32,000 bases of DNA from an uncultured Actinomycetes bacterium (GTDB taxonomy: Bacteria; Actinomycetota; Actinomycetes; S36-B12; CAIYMF01): positions 180,001 through 212,000 of the forward strand of contig CAWJMG010000003.1 in the NCBI GenBank assembly GCA_963843975.1, given 5' to 3'. Below the pieces are notes generated by a model that saw only the letters and a program-made list of their open reading frames with translations, did no database searches and was not told the origin of the DNA. Below are positions 1-11,378 of this stretch, piece by piece; the first letter of the stretch is position 1, and every line of letters begins with the position of its first letter. The position numbers were made by a program, and so were the translations under genes.

Positions 1-1228
1 GCGGTGGTTCATCCGCCAGGGCCTCCCGCTCTTCGTCGAGGAGTACTCCGCCGGCCGTGACGTCTGGACCCGCGCGGTCCCGGCGCTCGTGGCCCTGTTC
101 GTCGTCAGCGTCGTGTCGACCATCGCCGGTGCGCGCACCCTCGCTGGCGGGCTCGCCCTCGCAGCAGGTGTGGCCTTCGCGCTGGGGGGCTTCGTCCTGC
201 TCAACCGTCGACGCGGCAGGCCGGGGCTCGCGCTGCCGCAGCACCTGGGTCTGCGCTGGGTCGCCGCGTTCGTCCTCGTCCCGTCGCTGCTGACCCTGGT
301 CGCCGAGCGCAACCTGATGCTGTTCGTCAGCAGCCTTCTCGGCGGCGTCCTCCTCCTCGGCCTCGTGTACGTCGTGACCCGGTACGCCCTTGTCGCCCAG
401 GTGTCGTGGGCCGTGCGGTGGACCTTCCGCCGGCTCTCGAGCGTCACGCGGCTCATCACCCGCGTGCTGCCGCTGATGCTGCTGTTCATCACCTTCCTGT
501 TCATCAACACCGAGGTGTGGCAGGTCGCGGGCACGATGAGCGCCGCGGTGCTGTGGGGGAGCCTCGCGGTCTTCGCCGGCGTCGGCGTCCTGTTCATCGT
601 CGGGCGGAGCCGCGAGGAGTTCCTCGACATCGAGGTGAGCACCGACCGCGACCACATCCTGGGCCTGACCCGTGGCACGCCCATCGAGCCCGCGGCCGCC
701 GGCCTCAAGGGGCTCGAGGTGCCGGTGCCGATGCGTCGCAGCCAGCGGGCGAACCTCGTGGCGGTCATGGTCACGGCCCAGGCGGTGCAGGTGGGGCTCG
801 TCGGGATCGTGGTGTGGGCCTTCTTCATCGTGTTCGGCACGGTGGCCATCAGCGCCGACGTGCAGGCGGCGTGGCTGGGCAGCCTGTCGCCCGTGGAGAC
901 CCTGATCCCGCTCTGGGACGGGCACGGCGTCACCCGGCAGCTCCTGCGCGTCTCCACGTTCCTCGGCGGCTTCGCGGCCTTCTACGCCACCGTGTACGCC
1001 GCCAGCGACAGCCTCTACCGCGAGAACTTCCTCGCCCGGATCAGCGGGACGGTCGAGCGGGCGCTCGCAGTCCGGCGCGCGTACGTGGCGCTGCGCCGCC
1101 GGGAGGGCCTGGAGGTCGACGTCCCGCCGGAGGGGCTGCCCGAGCCCGACGGCGACGACCACCCCGGGCACGAGCACGGCGACCATGACGGTCTGCCCCC
1201 GGGCCGGGTGGGCCCTCGGGGCCTCTGA
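1..1228 (+). CDS. Integral membrane protein of unknown function (5' end truncated by window edge)
   Basis: The frame is open from base 2 (RWFIRQGLPLFVEEY...) to the stop at 1226-1228. The listed ORF 89..1228 only marks the first in-window GTG. It has several long hydrophobic segments (LVALFVVSVVSTIAG, LPLMLLFITFLFINTEVW, VGLVGIVVWAFFIVFGTVAI) and strong GC3 bias. The tail is Asp/His-rich. No family recognised. Confidence 0.75.
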   Translation, partial: RWFIRQGLPLFVEEYSAGRDVWTRAVPALVALFVVSVVSTIAGARTLAGGLALAAGVAFALGGFVLLNRRRGRPGLALPQHLGLRWVAAFVLVPSLLTLVAERNLMLFVSSLLGGVLLLGLVYVVTRYALVAQVSWAVRWTFRRLSSVTRLITRVLPLMLLFITFLFINTEVWQVAGTMSAAVLWGSLAVFAGVGVLFIVGRSREEFLDIEVSTDRDHILGLTRGTPIEPAAAGLKGLEVPVPMRRSQRANLVAVMVTAQAVQVGLVGIVVWAFFIVFGTVAISADVQAAWLGSLSPVETLIPLWDGHGVTRQLLRVSTFLGGFAAFYATVYAASDSLYRENFLARISGTVERALAVRRAYVALRRREGLEVDVPPEGLPEPDGDDHPGHEHGDHDGLPPGRVGPRGL

Positions 1229-1277
1229 CCTGCGGTTTCGTCATTCGGGGCCGCCGGGGGAGGGGCTGACGGCCGTT

Positions 1278-1306
1278 TTGGGGCCTCGGCGTGTCGCTGG
1301 TAGCCT
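1278..1306 (+). promoter_or_regulatory. Candidate rpsO promoter (-35 TTGGGG, 17-nt spacer, -10 TAGCCT)
   Basis: TTGGGG at 1278-1283 and TAGCCT (TANNNT class) at 1301-1306 are separated by exactly 17 nt, about 95 nt upstream of the rpsO ATG. Motif match only. Confidence 0.3.
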
Positions 1307-1402
1307 GACCTACGACGACCGCGGGGTGGGCGCCCTGCGGATCGCGACTCTCGAGTGTCTGCGCGCCCGCGCGGACCGTGACGCGCCCACGAGGAATCCT
1401 GC

Positions 1403-1672
1403 ATGTCGCTCGACACCGCGACCAAGAACACGATCATCGCCGAGTACGCAACGACTCCTGGCGACACCGGCTCCCCCGAGGTCCAGATCGCGCTGCTGAC
1501 CCGCCGCATCAACGATCTGACGGAGCACCTGAAGACGCACAAGCACGACCACCACAGCCGCCGCGGTCTGCTGCTGCTCGTGGGTCAGCGTCGTCGCCTG
1601 CTCCAGTACCTCACCAAGAAGGACATCAACCGCTACCGCGCGATCATCGAGCGCCTCGGCATCCGCCGCTAG
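1403..1672 (+). CDS. rpsO: 30S ribosomal protein S15
   Basis: The 89-aa [73 protein letters not shown] is unmistakably S15. GAGGAA Shine-Dalgarno upstream. Followed by pnp as in the conserved rpsO-pnp operon. Confidence 0.97.
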   Translation: MSLDTATKNTIIAEYATTPGDTGSPEVQIALLTRRINDLTEHLKTHKHDHHSRRGLLLLVGQRRRLLQYLTKKDINRYRAIIERLGIRR

Positions 1673-1680
1673 CCCGTGAC

Positions 1681-1712
1681 ACAGGGGAGTGACCCGAGGG
1701 TCGCTCCCCTGT
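1681..1712 (+). terminator. Stem-loop immediately 3' of rpsO (attenuating terminator or processing hairpin)
   Basis: ACAGGGGAGTGACC (1681-1694), loop CGAG, GGTCGCTCCCCTGT (1699-1712). This is a 14-bp stem with one G.U pair, starting 9 nt after the rpsO stop. No T-tract, which is common in Actinobacteria. Confidence 0.6.
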
Positions 1713-1996
1713 TGCGCACCATCGCTGGGGTACAACCTCAGTGCACGGACGAACAACTGAACACCCGCAGCCGCTGACACGCAGCGACGCACCACAGGGA
1801 CGACCTGGGCGAACGCCCGAGGAGAGCACCTCCGTCGTCGGTCCTCGGTAGTGGCACCCGGGCTCGCCGCCCCCCGCGCAGGAGCGTGGGACCGGCCAGC
1901 CGCCCGGGCGCTTCGATCGAAGACCGGCCTCCTGCCGACTGGTGGGTACTCCCGCGCGTGACCCCTGGCGTCCCCTCACGAAAGAGGAGGGCACCC

Positions 1997-4233
1997 GTGG
2001 AGGGTCCCGAGATCCACACGTCCGAAGCCGTCATCGACAACGGCAGCTTCGGCACCCGCACCATCCGCTTCGAGATCGGCCGTCTGGCCCAGCAGGCCGC
2101 CGGCTCCGCCGTCGCCTACCTCGACGACGACACGATGCTGCTGTCGGCCACGACGGCCGGCAAGCACCCCAAGGAGCAGTTCGACTTCTTCCCGCTCACG
2201 ATCGACGTCGAGGAGCGGATGTACGCCGCGGGCCGCATCCCTGGCTCGTTCTTCCGCCGTGAGGGCCGCCCGTCAGAGGACGCGATCCTCACCTGCCGCC
2301 TGATCGACCGCCCGCTGCGCCCCTCGTTCGTCAAGGGCCTGCGCAACGAGATCCAGGTCGTCATCACGGTGATGTCGCTCAACCCCGACCACCTGTACGA
2401 CGTCGTCGCGATCAACGCCGCGTCCATGTCGACCCAGATCGCCGGCCTGCCCTTCAGCGGCCCGATCGGCGCCACCCGCGTCGCCCTGATCCAGGGCCAG
2501 TGGGTCGCCTTCCCGATCGCACAGCCAGCTCGAGGACGCCGTGTTCGACATGGTCGTCGCGGGCCGCATCGTGGGCGACGACGTCGCGATCATGATGGTC
2601 GAGGCCGAGGCCACGTCCAACACGATCGAGCTCGTCAAGGGCGGCGCCACGGCGCCGACCGAGGAGGTCGTGGCCCAGGGCCTCGACGCCGCCAAGAAGT
2701 TCATCCGCATCCTGTGCGACGCGCAGAGCGAGCTCGCGGCGAAGTCCACCAAGGAGACCCGCGAGTTCACGCTCTACCCGGACTACCAGCCCGACGCCTT
2801 CGAGGCCGTCGAGGGTGCCGTGTCCGCCGAGCTCGCCGCCGCTCTCACGATCGTCGGCAAGCAGGAGCGCGAGTCCGAGCTCGACCGCGTGAAGGACCTC
2901 GCGTCCGAGCGCCTCGCCGGCCAGTTCGAGGGCCGCGAGAAGGAGATCGGCGCCGCGCTGCGCTCGCTCACCAAGAAGCTCGTGCGCAAGCGCGTGCTGC
3001 ACCGACAAGGTGCGCATCGACGGCCGTGGCCTCACGGACATCCGCACGCTGTCGGCCGAGGTCGACATCGTCCCGCGCGCGCACGGCTCGGCGCTGTTCG
3101 AGCGCGGCGAGACCCAGATCCTGGGTGTCTCCACGCTGAACATGCTCCGCATGGAGCAGCAGCTCGACACGCTCTCGCCCGAGACGCGCAAGCGCTACAT
3201 GCACAACTACAACTTCCCGCCCTACTCGACCGGTGAGACCGGCCGCGTGGGCTCGCCCAAGCGTCGCGAGATCGGCCACGGTGCTCTCGCCGAGCGCGCC
3301 CTCGTGCCGGTGCTCCCGACCAAGGACGAGTTCCCCTACGCGATCCGTCAGGTGTCCGAGGCCCTCGGCTCCAACGGCTCGACCTCGATGGGCTCGGTCT
3401 GCGCCTCGACCATGTCGCTGCTCAACGCCGGTGTGCCCCTCAAGGCCCCCGTCGCCGGCATCGCCATGGGCCTCATCTCCGACGAGGTCGACGGCAAGAC
3501 CGAGTACGTCACCCTCACCGACATCCTCGGTGCGGAGGACGCCTTCGGCGACATGGACTTCAAGGTCGCCGGCACCAAGGAGTTCGTGACGGCCCTGCAG
3601 CTCGACACCAAGCTCGACGGCATCCCCGCCTCGGTCCTCGGTGGCGCGCTCACCCAGGCCCGCGACGCCCGTCTCGCGATCCTCGAGGTCATGCTCGAGG
3701 CCATCGACGTGCCGGACGAGATGTCGCCGTACGCGCCGCGGATCATCTCGATCCAGATCCCCGTCGACAAGATCGGCGAGGTCATCGGGCCGAAGGGCAA
3801 GATGATCAACCAGATCCAGGACGAGACCGGCGCCGAGATCACGATCCAGGACGACGGCACGATCTACATCGGTGCGACCGACGGCCCCAAGGCCGAGGCC
3901 GCCCGCGCGCAGATCAACGCCATCGCCAACCCGCACATGCCCGAGATCGGCGAGCGCTACCTGGGCACCGTGGTCAAGACCACGACGTTCGGCGCGTTCA
4001 TCTCGCTCATGCCGGGCAAGGACGGCCTGCTCCACATCTCCAAGCTCCGCGGGCTCGCCGGCGGCAAGCGCGTGGAGAACGTGGACGACGTCGTCTCGAT
4101 CGGCCAGAAGGTGCTCGTCGAGATCTCCGAGATCGACGCACGCGGCAAGCTGTCGCTGTCGCCGGTCGAGGACGGCGCAGACGCTGCCGCCGCTCCGGCC
4201 GCCGAGGCCGACTCCACGGACGACGAGGCCTGA
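1997..4233 (+). pseudogene. pnp: Polyribonucleotide nucleotidyltransferase (PNPase), reading frame interrupted twice as assembled
   Basis: GTG at 1997 is preceded by AAGAGGAGG. Three consecutive ORF pieces (frames of 1886.., 2541.., 3010..) together give a ~744-aa PNPase. Piece 1: [26 protein letters not shown]...GQWVAFP. Piece 2: [16 protein letters not shown]...KKLVRKRVL. Piece 3: [15 protein letters not shown]...KH/S1 region...stop at 4233. The frame moves +1 near 2516 and near 3000. Confidence 0.93.
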
Positions 4234-4241
4234 TCGTCTCG

Positions 4242-5622
4242 ATGGCACCGTCCCGCACTGACGCAGAGGGCACGCGGCACCGCCGCGTGCCCTCTGCGCG
4301 TGACCAGCGTCCCGGCTCGACCCGCCAGCTCCTCCTGGAGGACGGCGCCCGCGTGCGCCGCACCGTGCTGCCGGGCGGGCTGCGTGTCGTCACCGAGAAC
4401 GTCCCGGGCGTGCGCTCGGCGGCGTTCGGCATCTGGGTGGGTGTGGGCTCGCGCGACGAGACGCCGGCCCAGGCCGGTGCTGCGCACTACCTCGAGCACC
4501 TGCTCTTCAAGGGCACCGAGCGGCGCTCCGCGCTCGACATCTCCGCCTCGATCGACGCGGTCGGCGGCGAGATGAACGCCTTCACGAGCAAGGAGTACAC
4601 CTGCTTCTACGCACGTGTGCTCGACGCCGACCTGCCGCTGGCGGTCGACGTCGTCAGCGACATCGTCACGTCCGCGCTGCTGCGCTCGCACGACGTCGAC
4701 TCCGAGCGCGACGTGATCCTCGAAGAGATCGCGATGCGCGACGACGACCCCGGCGACCTCGTCCACGAGGAGTTCGCCGACGCGATGTACGGCCGCACCC
4801 CGCTCGGCCGCCCGATCCTCGGCACCGTCGAGACGATCGAGTCGATCACCCCGCGCGCGATCCGTGCCTTCTACTCGCAGCAAGTACCGCCCCGAGAACA
4901 TGGTCGTCGCGGCCGCGGGCAACGTCGACCACGCCACCGTGGTCCGCCTCGTGCGCAAGGCCTTCGGCGCTGCCGGGTTCCTGGACGGAGACGCGCTGCC
5001 GGTCCAGCCCCGCGCGGGCACCTTCCGCACGCGCGGCGCCGGTGACGTCCGCGTGCTCACCAAGGCCACCGAGCAGGCCAACGTCGTCCTGGGCGTGCCG
5101 GGCTTCGCGCGCGACGACGAGCGACGCTTCGCCGTCGGCGTGCTCAACGCCGCCCTCGGCGGCGGCATGAGCAGCCGGCTCTTCCAGGAGATCCGCGAGA
5201 AGCGCGGCCTCGCCTACTCCGTCTTCTCCTTCGCCTCGCACTACGCCGACACCGGCATGTTCGGCGTGTACGCCGGCTGCATGCCCAAGAAGGTCGACGA
5301 CGTCCTCGAGATCTGCCGCGACGAGCTCGTGAAGGTGGCGGCCACCGGCCTCACCTCCGAGGAGCTCGAGCGCGGCAAGGGCCAGGTGCGCGGAGGTCTG
5401 GTGCTCGGCCTCGAGGACACCGGCTCGCGCATGTCGCGCATCGGCAAGGCCGAGCTGCTCGCGGGCGACCTGTGGTCGACCGCCGAGGTGCTCGACGCCG
5501 TCGACGCCGTCACGGTCGACGACGTCCGCGACGTCGCCGCCACCCTGCTCACGGTGAGCCCCACTCTCGCCGTCATCGGTCCGTTCGAGCCCGACCGCGA
5601 CTTCTCGTCCGCGGTCGCCTGA
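4242..5622 (+). pseudogene. M16-family zinc metallopeptidase (PepR-like), one frame interruption as assembled
   Basis: Inverted zinc motif HYLEHLLFKG. TVLPGGLRVVTENVPG near the N-terminus. The first piece ends ...ITPRAIRAFYSQ and the second resumes KYRPENMVVAAAGNVDH... in the +1 frame (shift near 4881). Start is uncertain: ATG 4242, GTG 4287 or GTG 4353 (GGAGGA 10 nt upstream). Confidence 0.88.
4262..4298 (+). terminator. Strong GC-rich hairpin downstream of pnp
   Basis: CGCAGAGGGCACGCGG (4262-4277), loop CACCG, CCGCGTGCCCTCTGCG (4283-4298). This is a perfect 16-bp stem starting 29 nt after the pnp stop. It lies inside the longest possible 5' extension of the next ORF. Confidence 0.7.
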
Positions 5623-5633
5623 GAGGAGCCGTC

Positions 5634-8413
<2,780 letters not shown>

Positions 8414-8417
<4 letters not shown>

Positions 8418-8998
8418 GTGGTGCTCCGGGTGTGCTCCCACCAGCGGTCGACCGCGAGCGCCGCCTGGTCGAAGGCCTCGGCGCGCAGGAGGAAGTCGGG
8501 GGAGTGCGTGGTGATGCTCGTGGCGACCTCGTCGCCATCGCGCAGGATCACGAGCACCCGCTCGCCGTCGGTCCGCGGCCCGATCCCCAGCAGGCGCACA
8601 CGATCCGCGACCCGGCGGACGTCGACGACGTCGTCCCAGTCGCACTCGACCGCCGTCCGCACGAAGTTCTGCTTGAGCGAGCGGTCGTTGGCGTAGACGC
8701 CGACCGAGAGCACCCGCGCGGTGATCCAGAACAGGAGCATGAGCGGCAGCGCCGCCACCGCCAGCACGACCAGCTTGGCGGGAAACGTACGTGCCACCGT
8801 CACCGCGAGCACCACCGCGAGCGAGCCCCAGGCCGCGGTGAACGCGAGCACCACGAACAGCGCCGTGCGCCAGGGCCCAGGGTGGTGGAGCCGGACGTAC
8901 GACGTCTGCACGTAGTCGCCGTCGACCGGGCGGTGCCGGTCGGGGTCGCGGTCGAAGACGCGGAAGAGCGGCTTCGGTCGGCGCGGGTCGTCGGTCAC
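8414..8998 (-). CDS. Membrane protein with two TM helices and a PH-like C-terminal domain (hypothetical)
   Basis: 194-aa ORF with good GC3 bias. Two hydrophobic helices (ALFVVLAFTAAWGSLAVVLAVTV, LVVLAVAALPLMLLFWITARVL) are followed by a soluble ~90-aa domain. Its stop overlaps the LtrA start. Confidence 0.7.
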
Positions 8999-9031
8999 GG
9001 CACCATCATCACCCGGGGCTGTCGCCGTCGC

Positions 9032-9349
9032 CTACGCCGCAAGGCCGAGCGCACGCAGCGCCGCCGCGGTTGCGGCCGCCACCAGGACCACGACGAGGAA
9101 GGGTGCGCGCAGGAGCAGGGCGACCACGGCGGCGCCGAGCCCGGCCACCCGGGCGTCGAGCACGAGGTCCTGCCCGACCGCGAAGGTCTGCACGGCGACC
9201 AGGGCCGACAGCAGCGCGATCGGCAGGTAGTCCGACACCGACAGCACCAACGGCTGGTCGAGGAGCCGGTGCGGAACCGAGTGGCCCGCGAGCTTGATGA
9301 CGTAGCAGAGCAGGGAGGCCAGGATCACGGCGTACCACTCGGGGGTCAT
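9032..9349 (-). CDS. azlD: Branched-chain amino acid transport protein AzlD
   Basis: 105-aa hydrophobic protein MTPEWYAVILASLLCYVIKLAGHSVP..., directly after azlC with an ATGA overlap (9346-9349). The track ORF to 10051 is an overextension. Confidence 0.85.
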   Translation of the reverse strand: MTPEWYAVILASLLCYVIKLAGHSVPHRLLDQPLVLSVSDYLPIALLSALVAVQTFAVGQDLVLDARVAGLGAAVVALLLRAPFLVVVLVAAATAAALRALGLAA

Positions 9350-10074
9350 GTCGCACCCCCTGCCCGGGCGGCCTTCTCGCGCACGACGGACACGCCCGCC
9401 ACCACGGCGACGACGGCGGTGATCAGCACGGGCACGCCGGGCTGCAGGAACGGCGTCAGCGCGAGCGCGATCACCGCACTCACCACGGCCACGCCGATCG
9501 AGCGGCGGTCGACGAGCCGCGGCCACACGAGGGCGAAGAGCCCTGCGCCGATCGCGGCGTCGAGTCCGTACGTGCGTGGGTCGCCGATCAGGCCTGCGCC
9601 GAGCGAGCCGAGGAGGGTCGCGAGGTTCCAGAGCACGAACACCGAGAGACCGGTGGCCCAGAACGCGAGCCGCTCCGCGCGCACCGTCTCGCCGGGCCCG
9701 GAGCGCCCGATGGCCATGGCGGTCGACTCGTCGATCGTGACGTGGGCAGCGACGAGTCGCCGGGCGCCCCGCACGTCGAGCACCGGCGCCATCGACAGGC
9801 CGTAGAAGGCGTTGCGCAGGCCGAGCAGCGTGCTCGTGGCCACCGCGGAGGACACGCTGCCGCCGGCGACGAGCACGCCGACGAGCGCGAACTGCGACCC
9901 GCCCGTGAACATCACGACCGACAGCACCTGCGCCTGCAGCACCGTGAGACCGCCGCTGACGGCGACCGCGCCGAACGACACGCCGTACGCCGCCGTGGCC
10001 AGGCCGACGCCGATCGCGTTGACCACGATCGCGCGCCGCTCCTGCTCCCACCCCGCGACGTGGGGCTCCCTCAC
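9346..10074 (-). CDS. azlC: AzlC-family branched-chain amino acid permease/exporter subunit
   Basis: AYGVSFGAVAVSGGLTVLQAQVLSVVMFTGGSQFALVGV...LRNAFYGLSMAP...VTIDESTAMAI is typical AzlC. GTG at 10074 overlaps the DUF2461 stop (GTGA). Confidence 0.87.
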   Translation of the reverse strand: MREPHVAGWEQERRAIVVNAIGVGLATAAYGVSFGAVAVSGGLTVLQAQVLSVVMFTGGSQFALVGVLVAGGSVSSAVATSTLLGLRNAFYGLSMAPVLDVRGARRLVAAHVTIDESTAMAIGRSGPGETVRAERLAFWATGLSVFVLWNLATLLGSLGAGLIGDPRTYGLDAAIGAGLFALVWPRLVDRRSIGVAVVSAVIALALTPFLQPGVPVLITAVVAVVAGVSVVREKAARAGGAT

Positions 10075-10736
10075 TGCGGCTCCGGCGGGATGCCGTCGTC
10101 GGCCGGGCCGACGTGGTCGACGAGCCACTCGACGAGCGGCGTCATCGCGCGCCAGAGCCCACGCACCTTGGTGAGCGCCGTGCGGGTGCCGGCCCAGGCG
10201 GGCACGCCGAGCTGCTTCTCGACCGTGACCGAGCGGTGGCGCAGCAGGTCGAGGTGCGGGTGGTCCTCGGGGATGCCTCGGGGGCGCGTCTTCATGACGT
10301 CGCCGCCCAGCTCCAGGCCGCCCTTGGCCGCGGCCTTCAGTGCCTGCTCGAGCGAGGCGATGTTGGGGGAGTCGACGGCGTCCCGCCAGCGCTGCAGCTG
10401 CTTGCCCTCGGCGTTGTACCAGCCGCCCGCCACGAAGAGGCCGTTTCGCGAGATCTGGACGTACCAGCCCATGCCGTCCTCGGCGCCGACGAAGCCGCCC
10501 TGGTGGTCCTTGTACGGCGTCTTGTCCTTGCTGAAGCGGACGTCGCGGTACGGGCGGAAGAGTGCCGCGCTGCCGAACTCGTCCTCGAGCTCGGCCATCA
10601 GCGCGGCCAGCGGCGCCTTCACGAACTGGTCGTACTCGTGCTTGTGCGCCGTCCACCAGGCCTTGGTGTTGTCGGCGCTGAGCCCCTCGTAGAACTCGAA
10701 GGCCTCGGCGGGGATCCCGGTGAAACGCTGCGTCAC
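10071..10736 (-). CDS. DUF2461 (TIGR02453) family protein
   Basis: MTQRFTGIPAEAFEFYEGLSADNTKAWWTAHKHEYDQFVKAPL...FRPYRDVRFSKDKTPYKDH...GGWY matches the conserved DUF2461 pattern. Confidence 0.9.
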   Translation of the reverse strand: MTQRFTGIPAEAFEFYEGLSADNTKAWWTAHKHEYDQFVKAPLAALMAELEDEFGSAALFRPYRDVRFSKDKTPYKDHQGGFVGAEDGMGWYVQISRNGLFVAGGWYNAEGKQLQRWRDAVDSPNIASLEQALKAAAKGGLELGGDVMKTRPRGIPEDHPHLDLLRHRSVTVEKQLGVPAWAGTRTALTKVRGLWRAMTPLVEWLVDHVGPADDGIPPEPQ

Positions 10737-10797
10737 GGTGCGACCCTAGCCAGGCGGCGCGTGGCAGTCGCGGGCCGAGCCGTCGTACGGCGCTCGC

Positions 10798-11349
10798 TCA
10801 CGTGAGCGAGGCGCCGAGCCGCACCTGCTTCAGGGTGGCCGTGCCTGGGCCGTTGTCGAGGGAGCGGTTCGCGCCGTCGCGCGCGAATCCCGCGGACTCC
10901 AGGAACCGCAGGCGGATCCGGTCCTTCTCGCCCGACCACGTGACGACCTCGGCGTAGCCGTGGCCACGCAGGTGGTCGACGGCCGCCGCGAGCAGCCGCG
11001 ACCCGTGCCCGGCTCGGGTGTGGTCGGGGTCGATGACGAGGTCGACGATCTCGCCGACAGCGCCGGCCGTGGCCCCGGCGTCGCCCGCCGGGGCGGCGAC
11101 GGCGTACCCGACGACCGCGGCGCCCGACATCGCCACGAGCACGAGGTGCCGCGGGGTCGGGGGAGCGGTGATCGAGCGCTTCCAGTCGTCGGCGACCGCG
11201 AGCGGCGAGAGCTGGGCGAGGGTGTCGCGCGGCAGCACGTCGGCGTACTGGCGCCGCCACGAGGCGAGCATGACGGCGCCCACCGAGAGGGCGTCCTCGG
11301 CGCGGGCGGGTCGCACCGACACGTCGGCGGCGGGGGTCAGATCGGTCAT
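10798..11349 (-). CDS. GNAT-family N-acetyltransferase
   Basis: 183 aa. VRPARAEDA..., GYAVAAP...IVDLVIDPDHTRAGHGSRLLAAAVDHLRGHGY (acetyl-CoA binding Q/RxxGxG/A-like motif), FLESAGFARDG. Confidence 0.87.
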   Translation of the reverse strand: MTDLTPAADVSVRPARAEDALSVGAVMLASWRRQYADVLPRDTLAQLSPLAVADDWKRSITAPPTPRHLVLVAMSGAAVVGYAVAAPAGDAGATAGAVGEIVDLVIDPDHTRAGHGSRLLAAAVDHLRGHGYAEVVTWSGEKDRIRLRFLESAGFARDGANRSLDNGPGTATLKQVRLGASLT

Positions 11350-11378
11350 GGGTACATCTTCGTGGGTACGGTGCGCAC

